A DNA stretch of 64,000 bases from Turneriella sp. (GTDB taxonomy: Bacteria > Spirochaetota > Leptospiria > Turneriellales > Turneriellaceae): assembly GCA_965279515.1 (NCBI GenBank), contig CBDIID010000003.1, forward strand, positions 1,088,001-1,152,000, in the 5' to 3' direction. A program made the translations under genes and the position numbers. Positions 28,419 through 37,936 of this stretch are shown one piece after another. The first letter of the stretch is position 1, and each line of letters begins with the position of its first letter. The notes beneath the pieces were generated by a model. That model ran no database searches. It saw only the letters and a list, made by a program, of their open reading frames with translations, and was not told where the DNA came from.

Positions 28419-29447
28419 ATGAAGAACAATGTTAGTTATAGCCCAACCGGGCAAGAAAGTGGCCCTGTTTTTACTGAGGCCGAGAAGACAACGGGCCGCT
28501 CCAAATTCGGATCGTGGTTCGCCGGCGATAAGATGTTTATTTTGATGCATTTTATCCCCCTTGCGGCGATTTATACCGGCGTGACATGGCAGTCCGTCGT
28601 CTTGGGCATCTCGCTCTATTTTATCCGTATGTTCTTTATTACCGCGGGTTACCACCGCTACTTCGCGCACAAATCGTTCGAAACCAGCCGCTTTTTCCAG
28701 TTTATTCTCGCATTCGGCGCTGAAACATCGGGCCAAAAGGGCGTGCTGTGGTGGTCAGGCCACCACCGCGGCCACCACAAACACAGCGATACCGATGCAG
28801 ATATTCACTCGATGAAAAAGCTGGGCTTTTACCAATCCCACATCGGCTGGATCTTCGACAAAAAGAATAAGCGCGTGCCGCTCGAGGATATCCAGGATTT
28901 TGCGAAATACCCCGAAATCCGTTTTATCTCCAAACATGACTGGATCGCCCCCTGGACGCTGGGCGTCATCTCAACGCTCATTGCCGGCTGGCCTGGACTC
29001 TGGATCGGCTTTTTTGCGAGCACACTTCTCACCTACCACTCGACCTTTACCATCAACTCACTCACACATAAGTGGGGTAACCAGCGCTACAAAACCGGCG
29101 ACGAATCGCGCAACCACTGGCTGCTGGCACTCACAACGCTCGGCGAAGGCTGGCATAACAACCACCACTACTACCAGGCATCGGCGCGCCAGGGTTTTTT
29201 CTGGTGGGAGATCGACATCACCTACTACATTCTGCGGATCTTAAGTCTCTTCGGCCTTGTCTGGAATTTCAAGACGGTGCCAAAGGCGATCAAGGCAAGA
29301 ACGATCCGTGCACAGGAGGTGCAGGGGGCGTCGCAGCCAGGGATGGCGTCCGCGACGACTCGTGGACAGCAAGCTTTAGAAGCAGCGAAAAACAAAATGG
29401 CAAATGCGCCAGCGAAGGGGCTTGGGTCTCTTGTCACAGATCCTTAA
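28419..29447 (+). CDS. Acyl-CoA (delta-9) fatty acid desaturase
   Basis: His boxes HRYFAH, HRGHH and HNNHH; GEGWHNNHH. Confidence 0.93.
   Translation: MKNNVSYSPTGQESGPVFTEAEKTTGRSKFGSWFAGDKMFILMHFIPLAAIYTGVTWQSVVLGISLYFIRMFFITAGYHRYFAHKSFETSRFFQFILAFGAETSGQKGVLWWSGHHRGHHKHSDTDADIHSMKKLGFYQSHIGWIFDKKNKRVPLEDIQDFAKYPEIRFISKHDWIAPWTLGVISTLIAGWPGLWIGFFASTLLTYHSTFTINSLTHKWGNQRYKTGDESRNHWLLALTTLGEGWHNNHHYYQASARQGFFWWEIDITYYILRILSLFGLVWNFKTVPKAIKARTIRAQEVQGASQPGMASATTRGQQALEAAKNKMANAPAKGLGSLVTDP
29309..29361 (+). repeat. Double-hairpin GGA-loop element in frame in the desaturase C-terminus
   Basis: tgcac-AGGAG-gtgca ggggg cgtcgc a gcca-GGGA-tggc gtcc gcgacg actc; 53 nt. Confidence 0.65.
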
Positions 29448-29457
29448 ATTCCTGCAG

Positions 29458-29484
29458 GTGGGGCGCGCGACCGTGCGCGCCTCA
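29458..29484. repeat. REP-like GC hairpin after the desaturase
   Basis: gtggggcgcgc gaccgt gcgcgcctca; no adjacent U-tract. Confidence 0.45.
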
Positions 29485-29547
29485 ATCGCAACTACACGAA
29501 ATCTTTTAATCACTTGCCGACAGAGCGGCTTTTAATGTCCGTTATTC

Positions 29548-30156
29548 ATGAGACAACTTCTGCTCGCATCCTTGCTTGCCGCCACCTGCGCTTCGGCAAT
29601 TTCCGCTGACCGCAACTATGCCGATGTGCGCCTCGGCGGCATGAGCCCCAGGGACCCTGCGCGGTTTGGCTTTTTAGGCGGACTGACTTTCGGCGGCTAC
29701 TTCGATAAACTGGTTTCTATTTCGGGGAGCGTCGACTATTATCAGACCTCGTACGATACCCCCTCAAGCACACAGCCGAACAGCTACGCGTTTAATCCCA
29801 CTGCGATTGATAAATCGCTGACGATCCGATTGGTAATGTTCATGCTCAATGCGCGTATCGATATCCCCTACCAGATCGGCGGCCTGATCACGCCTTTTGT
29901 TCAGGTTGGCGCAGGTTATGAGCTGGCTTACGTCAATACCACATCGTTTGGCGATTTCGGACTCGTCATCGGCACAGGTGGCCGGATGCCCCTCGGCGAA
30001 AATACCAGGCTCATATTGAACGCGGCGTATAACCTGAGCGCAGTTTCAAAACTCAGTAATGACGGCACGAATGAGAAGATCAATGTCAGCGGTATGATGA
30101 TTCAGCTCGGCATCAGTTTTGATTTAGGCGCGAGGCCGGCACCAGCGACGCCCTAA
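29548..30156 (+). CDS. Outer-membrane beta-barrel protein
   Basis: Signal peptide, PFVQVGAGY, about 8 amphipathic strands. Confidence 0.75.
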   Translation: MRQLLLASLLAATCASAISADRNYADVRLGGMSPRDPARFGFLGGLTFGGYFDKLVSISGSVDYYQTSYDTPSSTQPNSYAFNPTAIDKSLTIRLVMFMLNARIDIPYQIGGLITPFVQVGAGYELAYVNTTSFGDFGLVIGTGGRMPLGENTRLILNAAYNLSAVSKLSNDGTNEKINVSGMMIQLGISFDLGARPAPATP

Positions 30157-30286
30157 GCAGGCGAAGCGGAAGATCGCGTTGCGGCGGCAGCATCGAGAAC
30201 GATTCTCAATTATCCGCAGTCCCTGATTTTCCGGATTCTTTCCCGTAACTTACTTTACACTCCCCGAAAAACTCCGATAATTACCC

Positions 30287-32377
30287 ATGGAAATAGCACA
30301 GGTTGCGCTGTACTCAGCCGCATTCGTCATCTCTTTCGCTTATGCCGGCTATGCCGTCATGAAATTCTGGAAACTCGCCCACCTTGGCCAGGCCCAGGAA
30401 ATCAAATCGAGCTTCGCCTCTAAAGTCAAAAGCATGATCGTCAACGTGCTTCTGCAAAAGAAGCTGATGAAAAAGCCCGTGCGCGGTATTTTCCATATCT
30501 TCATCTTCTACGGCTTTCTCGTTTATGGCGGCCACACCACAAGCCAGCTCATTGGCGGCTTCTTCGGCCCATACAACATGCCGCTTGTGCATGTCACGGG
30601 ATACGAATTCTCGATTCCCGAGCTAATCGGAAAGGTTATTCCACACTTCGCTTTTATCTATGACTACGCGCTCGACGTCTTCTCTCTTTTAGTGCTCGGC
30701 GGCCTCGCTTTCTTTGCATTGCGCCGCTGGGTTTACCGCGCCTACGAGCTCGACCGCCCCTCAGGCCAGTCGATGATCGTGATCGGTATGATCTCGACGC
30801 TCATGCTGTCGACGCTGGTCGCTGAAGGTTCGCATGTTATCCGCGACGCACATTTCCACGTATCTCCAATCCGCCTTGCCGTAGCGAATATGCTCAGCGC
30901 ATGGGGGGTTAATCCCGCTAATGCCGGCTACTGGTATATCGGTGGCTGGTGGACGCACATTCTGACAGTATTCGCTTTTATGGCCTTCGTGCCCAACTCA
31001 AAGCATGCCCACCTCATCTGGGCGCCGGTCAACTTCTGGTTTGAAAAAGAAACGCCGAAGGGCCAGCTGTCTTTCCTCGACACTGAAAACGCGAAAGTCT
31101 GGGGCGCTGCCAACGTGCAGGATTTCACCTGGAAAGACCACATGAATGGCCTCAGCTGCATCGAGTGCGGCCGCTGTACGATTGAATGCCCCGCGAACCG
31201 TACGGGCAAGGTTCTCAACCCGAAGAGTATCATGACAGACCTCAAGCATGCGCTCATGGAGCAGATGCACAAGGTACAGGCGGCGAAAAAAGCCGGTAAA
31301 ACCGACGAAGAGATTACGGCGATGCCTGAACTCCGCGTGATTGATAATTATACTTCACAGGAAGCATTGTGGGCCTGTACGACATGTTATGCCTGCGTCG
31401 AAGCCTGCCCCGTGGGCAACAACCAGGTCGATGCCATCATCGGCATGCGCCGTGCACTCGTGCTTTCAGAGGGGTCGCTGCCTGCTGAACTGCAGACCGC
31501 GCTCACCAACATGGAAAACCAATCGAACCCATGGGGTGTTGGCTCGCATAAGCGCGAAGAGTGGGCAGACGGCCTCAATATCAAGACGATGGCGAAGTGG
31601 GCTGAAGAAGGCCAAAAGCCGGATGTCCTCTTTTGGGTCGGCTGCGCCGGCGCGTTCGATGACCGCAATAAAAAGATCGCGCAGTCGATTGCCGGCCTCA
31701 TGAACAAGGCAGACGTCAAGTTCGGCATCCTCGGTACTGAAGAGAATTGCACGGGCGATTCTGCGCGCCGCGCAGGTAATGAATACCTCTACCAGACTCT
31801 CGCCGGCATGAACATCCAGACGATGAACAATTATGGCGTGCAGAAGATTGTCACGGGTTGCCCGCATTGCTTCAACACGCTCAAGAACGAATACCCTCAG
31901 ATGGGTGGCAATTACGAAGTGGAGCACCACACAACATACCTCGATAAGCTGCTCAAAGAAAACAAGATCCAGGTAGATCAATCGAAGGCGAAAGAACTCG
32001 GCCTTGTCACCTACCACGATTCTTGTTATCTCGGCCGCTATAACGACAATTACTCGGCGCCGCGCTCGATTCTCGAGAAAGCGACCGGCGGCCGCGTCGT
32101 CGAAGCGATTGACAACAAGACGCGTGGCCTGTGCTGCGGTGCCGGCGGCGCGCAGATGTGGAAAGAAGAAGAGAAATCCACGGATGCAACGGGTGTAAAA
32201 GCCGAACGCGTAAACATCAAGCGCACGAAACAGCTCGTGGATACGGAAGCTAAAACTGTAGCCAGCGCCTGCCCGTTCTGCATCACCATGGTTGCCGACG
32301 GTGTCAAAGCGATGGAGAAAGAAGAATCGGTGAAGACGCTCGATATCGCGGAGATATTGGCTCAGACGGTAAAATAA
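30287..32377 (+). CDS. Membrane Fe-S oxidoreductase with CCG domains (FadF/GlpC/HdrD-like)
   Basis: Motifs CIECGRCTIECP, CTTCYACVEACP, YHDSC, CCGAGG and ACPFC. Confidence 0.92.
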   Translation: MEIAQVALYSAAFVISFAYAGYAVMKFWKLAHLGQAQEIKSSFASKVKSMIVNVLLQKKLMKKPVRGIFHIFIFYGFLVYGGHTTSQLIGGFFGPYNMPLVHVTGYEFSIPELIGKVIPHFAFIYDYALDVFSLLVLGGLAFFALRRWVYRAYELDRPSGQSMIVIGMISTLMLSTLVAEGSHVIRDAHFHVSPIRLAVANMLSAWGVNPANAGYWYIGGWWTHILTVFAFMAFVPNSKHAHLIWAPVNFWFEKETPKGQLSFLDTENAKVWGAANVQDFTWKDHMNGLSCIECGRCTIECPANRTGKVLNPKSIMTDLKHALMEQMHKVQAAKKAGKTDEEITAMPELRVIDNYTSQEALWACTTCYACVEACPVGNNQVDAIIGMRRALVLSEGSLPAELQTALTNMENQSNPWGVGSHKREEWADGLNIKTMAKWAEEGQKPDVLFWVGCAGAFDDRNKKIAQSIAGLMNKADVKFGILGTEENCTGDSARRAGNEYLYQTLAGMNIQTMNNYGVQKIVTGCPHCFNTLKNEYPQMGGNYEVEHHTTYLDKLLKENKIQVDQSKAKELGLVTYHDSCYLGRYNDNYSAPRSILEKATGGRVVEAIDNKTRGLCCGAGGAQMWKEEEKSTDATGVKAERVNIKRTKQLVDTEAKTVASACPFCITMVADGVKAMEKEESVKTLDIAEILAQTVK

Positions 32378-32431
32378 GCGCCGTGGCATAGTTAAACTTG
32401 ACGGCAACGTCAAGTTTGCCTTTTTGCCGGA

Positions 32432-33247
32432 ATGAAAGATCTCAAAAATAAAGTCGCCGTCGTCACCGGCGCGGGTTCAGGCATTGGCAAACAGCTCGCA
32501 CACCAGCTTGCGCGCGCCGGGACAGAGCTTGTACTCGCCGATGTCGCGGAGAAAAAACTGCAGCAAACTGTCGGTGAACTCCATGGCCAGACGAAGATAA
32601 CGTCGCATGTCGTCGACGTCGCGCGCAAGGACCAGGTCTATGCGATGGCCGACGCGGCGCTGAAGGCGCACGGACAGGTGGATATCGTCATCAACAATGC
32701 CGGTGTCACGGCTCTGCAAGCCCTCGACGAAGTTTCGTATGAAGATTTCGAATGGGTGATGAATGTCAACTTTTGGGGTGTGGTCTATGGCACACTGGCG
32801 TTCATGAAACACCTCAAGGACCGCCCCGAGGCCTCGGTCGTGAATATCTCGAGCGTCAATGGTTTTATCCCCTTCCCCAACAATGGTCCTTACAACTGCT
32901 CAAAATATGCCGTGTATGGTTTCAACGAAACCCTGCACCAGGAACTCGCGGGCACCGGTGTTGTCGTCACGTCGGTGCATCCCGGCGGCATCAAAACTGA
33001 TATCATACGCAATGCGAAGGTGCTGGCGTCCCCTGGTGGCGGCGATAAGATGCAGATTACGGAGCGTTTTGACGGCATGGCCCGGACATCCGCCGAAGAT
33101 GCGGCAAAGGCAATCATCGGCGCGATAAAAGGTAAGAAGAAAAAGCTGCTGATCGGCATCGATGCCTATGCGATGGATTTGGCCAAGCGCCTCGTGCCCG
33201 AAGAATTCGTCGGTTTCGTCGGCATGATGACGAAACGGTTTGGCTAA
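32432..33247 (+). CDS. Short-chain dehydrogenase/reductase
   Basis: Motifs TGAGSGIG, NNAG and YNCSK. Confidence 0.93.
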   Translation: MKDLKNKVAVVTGAGSGIGKQLAHQLARAGTELVLADVAEKKLQQTVGELHGQTKITSHVVDVARKDQVYAMADAALKAHGQVDIVINNAGVTALQALDEVSYEDFEWVMNVNFWGVVYGTLAFMKHLKDRPEASVVNISSVNGFIPFPNNGPYNCSKYAVYGFNETLHQELAGTGVVVTSVHPGGIKTDIIRNAKVLASPGGGDKMQITERFDGMARTSAEDAAKAIIGAIKGKKKKLLIGIDAYAMDLAKRLVPEEFVGFVGMMTKRFG

Positions 33248-33304
33248 AAGTCCTGATTTTCAGAACTTACTTTACAGTCGGCGGGTCTCCCGTTTGGCTG
33301 CGGA

Positions 33305-34798
33305 ATGAACCGCCGCCTGCAACTCATTCTGTTAAGCCTCCTGGTCATCGCCGCAGCGCTGATGACCATCGGCGGTAAAAAACGTTCGGGCAAAAAACTT
33401 TCCCAAAAGGAAATCGCGCAGCCGATCACCTTCCCTAAAACCTTTCTCTGGGGCACAGCGACCGCCGCCGAACAGCTCGAGGCGACGCAGGTTAGCGATT
33501 GGGCGGAATTCATACGCAAGAACTATACGGGCGAAGGTAAACCGGTCGCCGGCGCAGGCATCAAGGACCTCCATCTCTGGAGTGAAAATATCATCCGCGA
33601 AAAAACGGCGCACAACAGCCGCTATAAAGAAGATATCCAGCTCATGAAAGACCTCGGCGCCAATGCCTACCGTTTTTCCATCGCCTGGGATCGCCTCTTT
33701 CCGCGCGAAAACACGACAACGCCAGACGCAAGCGCCGTGGCGTTTTATGATGCGCTGTTCGCCGAGCTTGCGCGCCAAAATATCGAACCGTCCGTTACAC
33801 TCTTTCACTTCAGCTCACCCGCATGGTTTTTCGGCGAAAAAAATGGCAAGCGCGGCTGGGAGCGCGACGATGCGCAGGAACATTTCGCCCGCTTCGTGAA
33901 TTTCGTCGTCGGCCGTTGGGGAAAAAATGTCACTGTCTGGTGCACGCTGAATGAGCCGATGGTCTATATCTACTCGGGCTATATGCAGGGAATTTTCCCG
34001 CCACTGGAAAAACGCGCCAATGAAACCGCCGTTGCACCTGTGATGGAGGCCCTGCTCAAAGCGCATGCAGCTGCGTATGCGACGATCAAAAAGGCAAACC
34101 CCAAGGCCCTCGTGGGCGTCACCCAGCACACGCGTGAATTTTCACCTTACCGTAACCATGCAATTCTCGACCGCATCATCGCGGGTAAGGTTGAGCAGGC
34201 CTTCATCTGGGATTTTACCGATGCGATCCGCAGCGGTGTGCTCAAAGTGACAAATACCGATATCGAAAAGGCTATCCCCGGCCTGGGCGGTACGCAGGAT
34301 TTCATCGGCGTGAACTATTATGGCCGCTTCTACATCAAATCGAATATCATGGCGCCGACAAAATTCGAAGTGAAAAACCATGACGAAACCGACACTTCGG
34401 AAATCAAAAACGAACTCGGCTGGTCCGATTTCCCCCTCGGCATGAAGAATATCCTCCTCTCGGCTAAGTCAAAATATAACCTGCCGATCTATATTATGGA
34501 ATCGGGCACGGCAGAAAAAGCGGCGGATGACGTTCTGCGCCAACGCCTCATCATTACGCACCTCGCTGAAACCGCGGCGGCGATGCGCGACGGCGCCGAT
34601 GTGCGCGGCTATTTCCACTGGTCGCTGATCGACAATTTTGAATGGGCAGAAGGTTTTGATGCGCGCTTTGGGCTCGTCGCCGTCGATTATAAGAATAATT
34701 TCGCCCGCAAAAAACGTAAGAGCTTTAATACGCTGAGCGAAATCATCGGCCGGGGCATTTCGCCGGCCAGCTACGCTGCGGCAGCCGCGGCTTATTAA
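33305..34798 (+). CDS. Glycoside hydrolase family 1 with an N-terminal anchor
   Basis: Motifs FLWGTATAA, YRFSIAW, TLNEP, IMESG and DNFEW. Confidence 0.92.
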   Translation: MNRRLQLILLSLLVIAAALMTIGGKKRSGKKLSQKEIAQPITFPKTFLWGTATAAEQLEATQVSDWAEFIRKNYTGEGKPVAGAGIKDLHLWSENIIREKTAHNSRYKEDIQLMKDLGANAYRFSIAWDRLFPRENTTTPDASAVAFYDALFAELARQNIEPSVTLFHFSSPAWFFGEKNGKRGWERDDAQEHFARFVNFVVGRWGKNVTVWCTLNEPMVYIYSGYMQGIFPPLEKRANETAVAPVMEALLKAHAAAYATIKKANPKALVGVTQHTREFSPYRNHAILDRIIAGKVEQAFIWDFTDAIRSGVLKVTNTDIEKAIPGLGGTQDFIGVNYYGRFYIKSNIMAPTKFEVKNHDETDTSEIKNELGWSDFPLGMKNILLSAKSKYNLPIYIMESGTAEKAADDVLRQRLIITHLAETAAAMRDGADVRGYFHWSLIDNFEWAEGFDARFGLVAVDYKNNFARKKRKSFNTLSEIIGRGISPASYAAAAAAY

Positions 34799-34810
34799 AA
34801 GGCCTTTCCC

Positions 34811-37800
34811 CTACGCCGACATCGCACCGGGGCCAAGCGTGGCCGCCCAGAACTTTCCGTTGGGCACGCGGCCGTCGGCGTCGCGCGAATATTCGGCTTT
34901 CAGGCCGATGACATAATACATGTCGACCTCGCCTTTATTCTTGGCGCTGATTTTACCGCGGTATTCGCAGCGAAAATATTCTTTAATGAGTTCATAGGTC
35001 AAACCACTGATGTTGATCTTGCCCGTTGTGCCGCTCGACTCCATACGGCTCGCGGTATTGACGGTGTCGCCCCAGACATCGTAGGCGAATTTACGCTCGC
35101 CGATCACACCCGCGATCAGGGGCCCCGAATGGATGCCGAGGCGCAGTTCCCAGTAGGGCTCGCCCAGAGATTTTTTGATATCGCGCATCTGCGCCATAAA
35201 ATCGCGAATCTCCATCGCGGCGAGCACGCAGTCGATCGCATGCGTCTCTGTTACCTTGGGGATTCCCCCCGCGCACATATAGCTGTCGCCGATCGTCTTG
35301 AGTTTTTCCAGGCGATGCCGTTCGGTAATTTTATCGAACTGGACAAAGCACGCATCGAGTTCTTTGATGAGCTCGTTCGGTGACATAAATTCGGCGATTT
35401 TGGTGAAACCCTGGAAATCGGTAAAGAGCACGCTGACCGCGTCGAATTGCACGGGTTCGGCAAAGCCTTTTTCCTTGAGTTCAATAGCTACATCTTTGGG
35501 CAGAATATTCAGCAGCAGCTTTTCGGATTTCTCGCGTTCTTCCTGCACCTGCCTGAAAAGCCGCGAACTATAGATAACTCCTGTGATCTGCTCGGCGAGA
35601 ATGGACAGGCGCGAGATGTCGTCACGCGAGAGCCCGATTTTACCCTTGCTTCCCGAAAAATCAAGGATACCGACCGGTTCGTTGTTCAGCACCAGCGGTA
35701 GCAGCAAAAAAGACTGGAGGTTATATTTTTGCATAATCTCGTATTCTTCGGGAGAGCTTGCATCGATGACGCGCTGCGCCCGGGTATTCGGCACAAAGAA
35801 AGCGCGTTTGTTCCGAATCACCTGCGCATGGGCGCCCCTGGCAGTGCCTATCGGGATCTCAATTTTTTCGACGGCCCGGCGTTCGGCCTCGGGTAAAGAA
35901 TCGTCACTGCATAATGAAAGCAACTGCAGCCGGCTTTTATCCTGCGACACGCCGTAGAGCGCGTGCCAGTCCATACCGAAAGACTCTGTAACATAGTCTT
36001 GAACCTTCTTCATGATTATTGTCAGATCGAATTCTTCGTTAAGGCTGCGGAGAAGGCGGTTCAGTTTCTCTGTTTCATCTTTCTGCCGTTCCGTTTCACG
36101 CTGCGAAACGAGCGCCTTGTCTTTTTCGGTTTGCAGATTGTGCAACGTCGTATCGATGCGCGTCGCAATCGGCCGAATCAGAACGAATGTGGCGAGAAAG
36201 GCGAAGAGCAGAAGCGGCGTGGCAACCAGGAAAATGTGGAGTAACCGCTGCGGCAACGGGATATCCCCCGCTAAGGTAGACCAGACGAAGGCGAGAAAAA
36301 ACACAACACACCCCACGGCAAAGGGAGACAGCAGTGCGCTGATGCGCAGCGACTCGGTTTTCAGCGTTTTGCCGCCATAGCGCATTACCGCAAAAGCCAA
36401 GATAACAGTCGGTATAATCGATAGGTTACCGATCGGGTAAAACTCTATACCCATCGTCGCCGGCAGATTACCAATGAGCAGCAACCCGCCGACGGCAAGA
36501 TAAAGTACGGAGATATCACCTAAACGATTCGGCCCCGCAGTACCGCGGTATCTCCACCAGTCGCGCAAGACAACCGCGATCGCGAGAAATCCGACCAGAC
36601 CATAAAGCTGAATGACAGGGCCTGCCTGTGAGATGCGCCCCCACGGGTATTCAAAATAACCGGTAAAAAGCCAAGGCGTCATGGCCATCACGCTCAGGCC
36701 CACCGACAAAACATCGAGCACGCGGCGAAAGCCGGGCGCCGGCCGGTCAAGGCTCAGATATGCAAAACGTATCTGAACTGCCGGGGCAAGACCAAAGACC
36801 ATGTAACACAACTGTTCGATGCGGTGCGCGATCACAGGTTCGATGCCTAAGGCGCCGACGATGACGGACAGGAGCAGGAAACCGTAGATGTAGAGCGAAA
36901 AAGCACCGTACTGGTTCACGGGTTTTGTTGGGTTCGTGCCGCCGATGAGAATACCCAGCGCGACTACAAAGAATACGGACCCTACCGGAATCAGCAGCCA
37001 CGGATACCAGTTCAGTTTCGCGTAGCCAGCGGGTGAAAAACGAAACAACACGGCGCAGGTCAGACCCAGCAGCACAACACCCGCAATCAGGTTCAGTATG
37101 TAGAAGAGCGCATTTTTTTCGAAGAAAAGGTCCCTGAGATTTTTGAAATCCGAATTAAAGACCGCGTAAGCCATGATGCACATCGGAATAAACGAAAACG
37201 TCGCGCCGGGAAACAGGGGATAGCCCGCAAAACTCGGCAAATTGGAAATCGTCAGAACCAACAGGAGCGAATGGCCGACGAAGAGCAGGTGCTTGCCTGC
37301 AAAACTGTAACGTTTCCAGTAGAGATAAAATACCGGAAACCCGATTGTTATGAAAGACAGAGTCGAACCTGCCCCCCAAAGCTTCAGCGGCAATGCGGCT
37401 ACCGGAAATTTACCAAAGCTGTAATAGAGAAATTCGCCTGTAAATGCGCGCCCCGAAACGACGCTGGCCAGCGCCACGAGGGTCACTATCCAGTTCACTG
37501 TCGTACCGACGGCGATCGCGCGCCGGAATTTTTTATCGAGTATATAATAGATCAAATGTGACGAAGCGGGCGATAGAAACAAAACCGCGCCGTAGAGATA
37601 CGTGTTCCAGCGCAACAGGACACCGGTGTCAGCTATCAACGCGCGCAGCGAAATCACGAGTCCCAGCGCCGCGAATGATATGCAGGTGACCCCGAAAGAG
37701 ATATAATAACCCACACGCTCGCGCCGCGTCGCACGGAGGAGACTGATGATGCCGAGCGTTAGACCGACGACACAAGTGACGAGCCCTGGCACCGCATACG

Positions 37801-37867
37801 GCAGCATGTCCCAAAAGTAGAGATCAGAAGTGATTGAAGACGGAAAGAACGGCAAGGCTTCGCGCAT
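34811..37867 (-). CDS. Class III adenylate/guanylate cyclase with a duplicated multi-TM sensor and GAF domain
   Basis: Motifs LFTDFQGFT, KTIGDSYM and YDVWGDTVNTASRMES; start uncertain. Confidence 0.92.
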   Translation of the reverse strand: MREALPFFPSSITSDLYFWDMLPYAVPGLVTCVVGLTLGIISLLRATRRERVGYYISFGVTCISFAALGLVISLRALIADTGVLLRWNTYLYGAVLFLSPASSHLIYYILDKKFRRAIAVGTTVNWIVTLVALASVVSGRAFTGEFLYYSFGKFPVAALPLKLWGAGSTLSFITIGFPVFYLYWKRYSFAGKHLLFVGHSLLLVLTISNLPSFAGYPLFPGATFSFIPMCIMAYAVFNSDFKNLRDLFFEKNALFYILNLIAGVVLLGLTCAVLFRFSPAGYAKLNWYPWLLIPVGSVFFVVALGILIGGTNPTKPVNQYGAFSLYIYGFLLLSVIVGALGIEPVIAHRIEQLCYMVFGLAPAVQIRFAYLSLDRPAPGFRRVLDVLSVGLSVMAMTPWLFTGYFEYPWGRISQAGPVIQLYGLVGFLAIAVVLRDWWRYRGTAGPNRLGDISVLYLAVGGLLLIGNLPATMGIEFYPIGNLSIIPTVILAFAVMRYGGKTLKTESLRISALLSPFAVGCVVFFLAFVWSTLAGDIPLPQRLLHIFLVATPLLLFAFLATFVLIRPIATRIDTTLHNLQTEKDKALVSQRETERQKDETEKLNRLLRSLNEEFDLTIIMKKVQDYVTESFGMDWHALYGVSQDKSRLQLLSLCSDDSLPEAERRAVEKIEIPIGTARGAHAQVIRNKRAFFVPNTRAQRVIDASSPEEYEIMQKYNLQSFLLLPLVLNNEPVGILDFSGSKGKIGLSRDDISRLSILAEQITGVIYSSRLFRQVQEEREKSEKLLLNILPKDVAIELKEKGFAEPVQFDAVSVLFTDFQGFTKIAEFMSPNELIKELDACFVQFDKITERHRLEKLKTIGDSYMCAGGIPKVTETHAIDCVLAAMEIRDFMAQMRDIKKSLGEPYWELRLGIHSGPLIAGVIGERKFAYDVWGDTVNTASRMESSGTTGKINISGLTYELIKEYFRCEYRGKISAKNKGEVDMYYVIGLKAEYSRDADGRVPNGKFWAATLGPGAMSA

Positions 37868-37936
37868 AGCGGACTTCCCCGGCGCGACACTTAGAATCAA
37901 TTTCTAATCGAACGCCACCACCCCCCGAACAGGGGG

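Noticed and set aside
32174..32203. Short insert KSTDATGVKA containing ACGGA in the Fe-S oxidoreductase
   Set aside because: No convincing stem.
31466..32413. Long antisense ORFs (also 39058-40299, 48951-49814, 53007-53792)
   Set aside because: They are shadows of well-supported genes with biased codon use and show no motifs.
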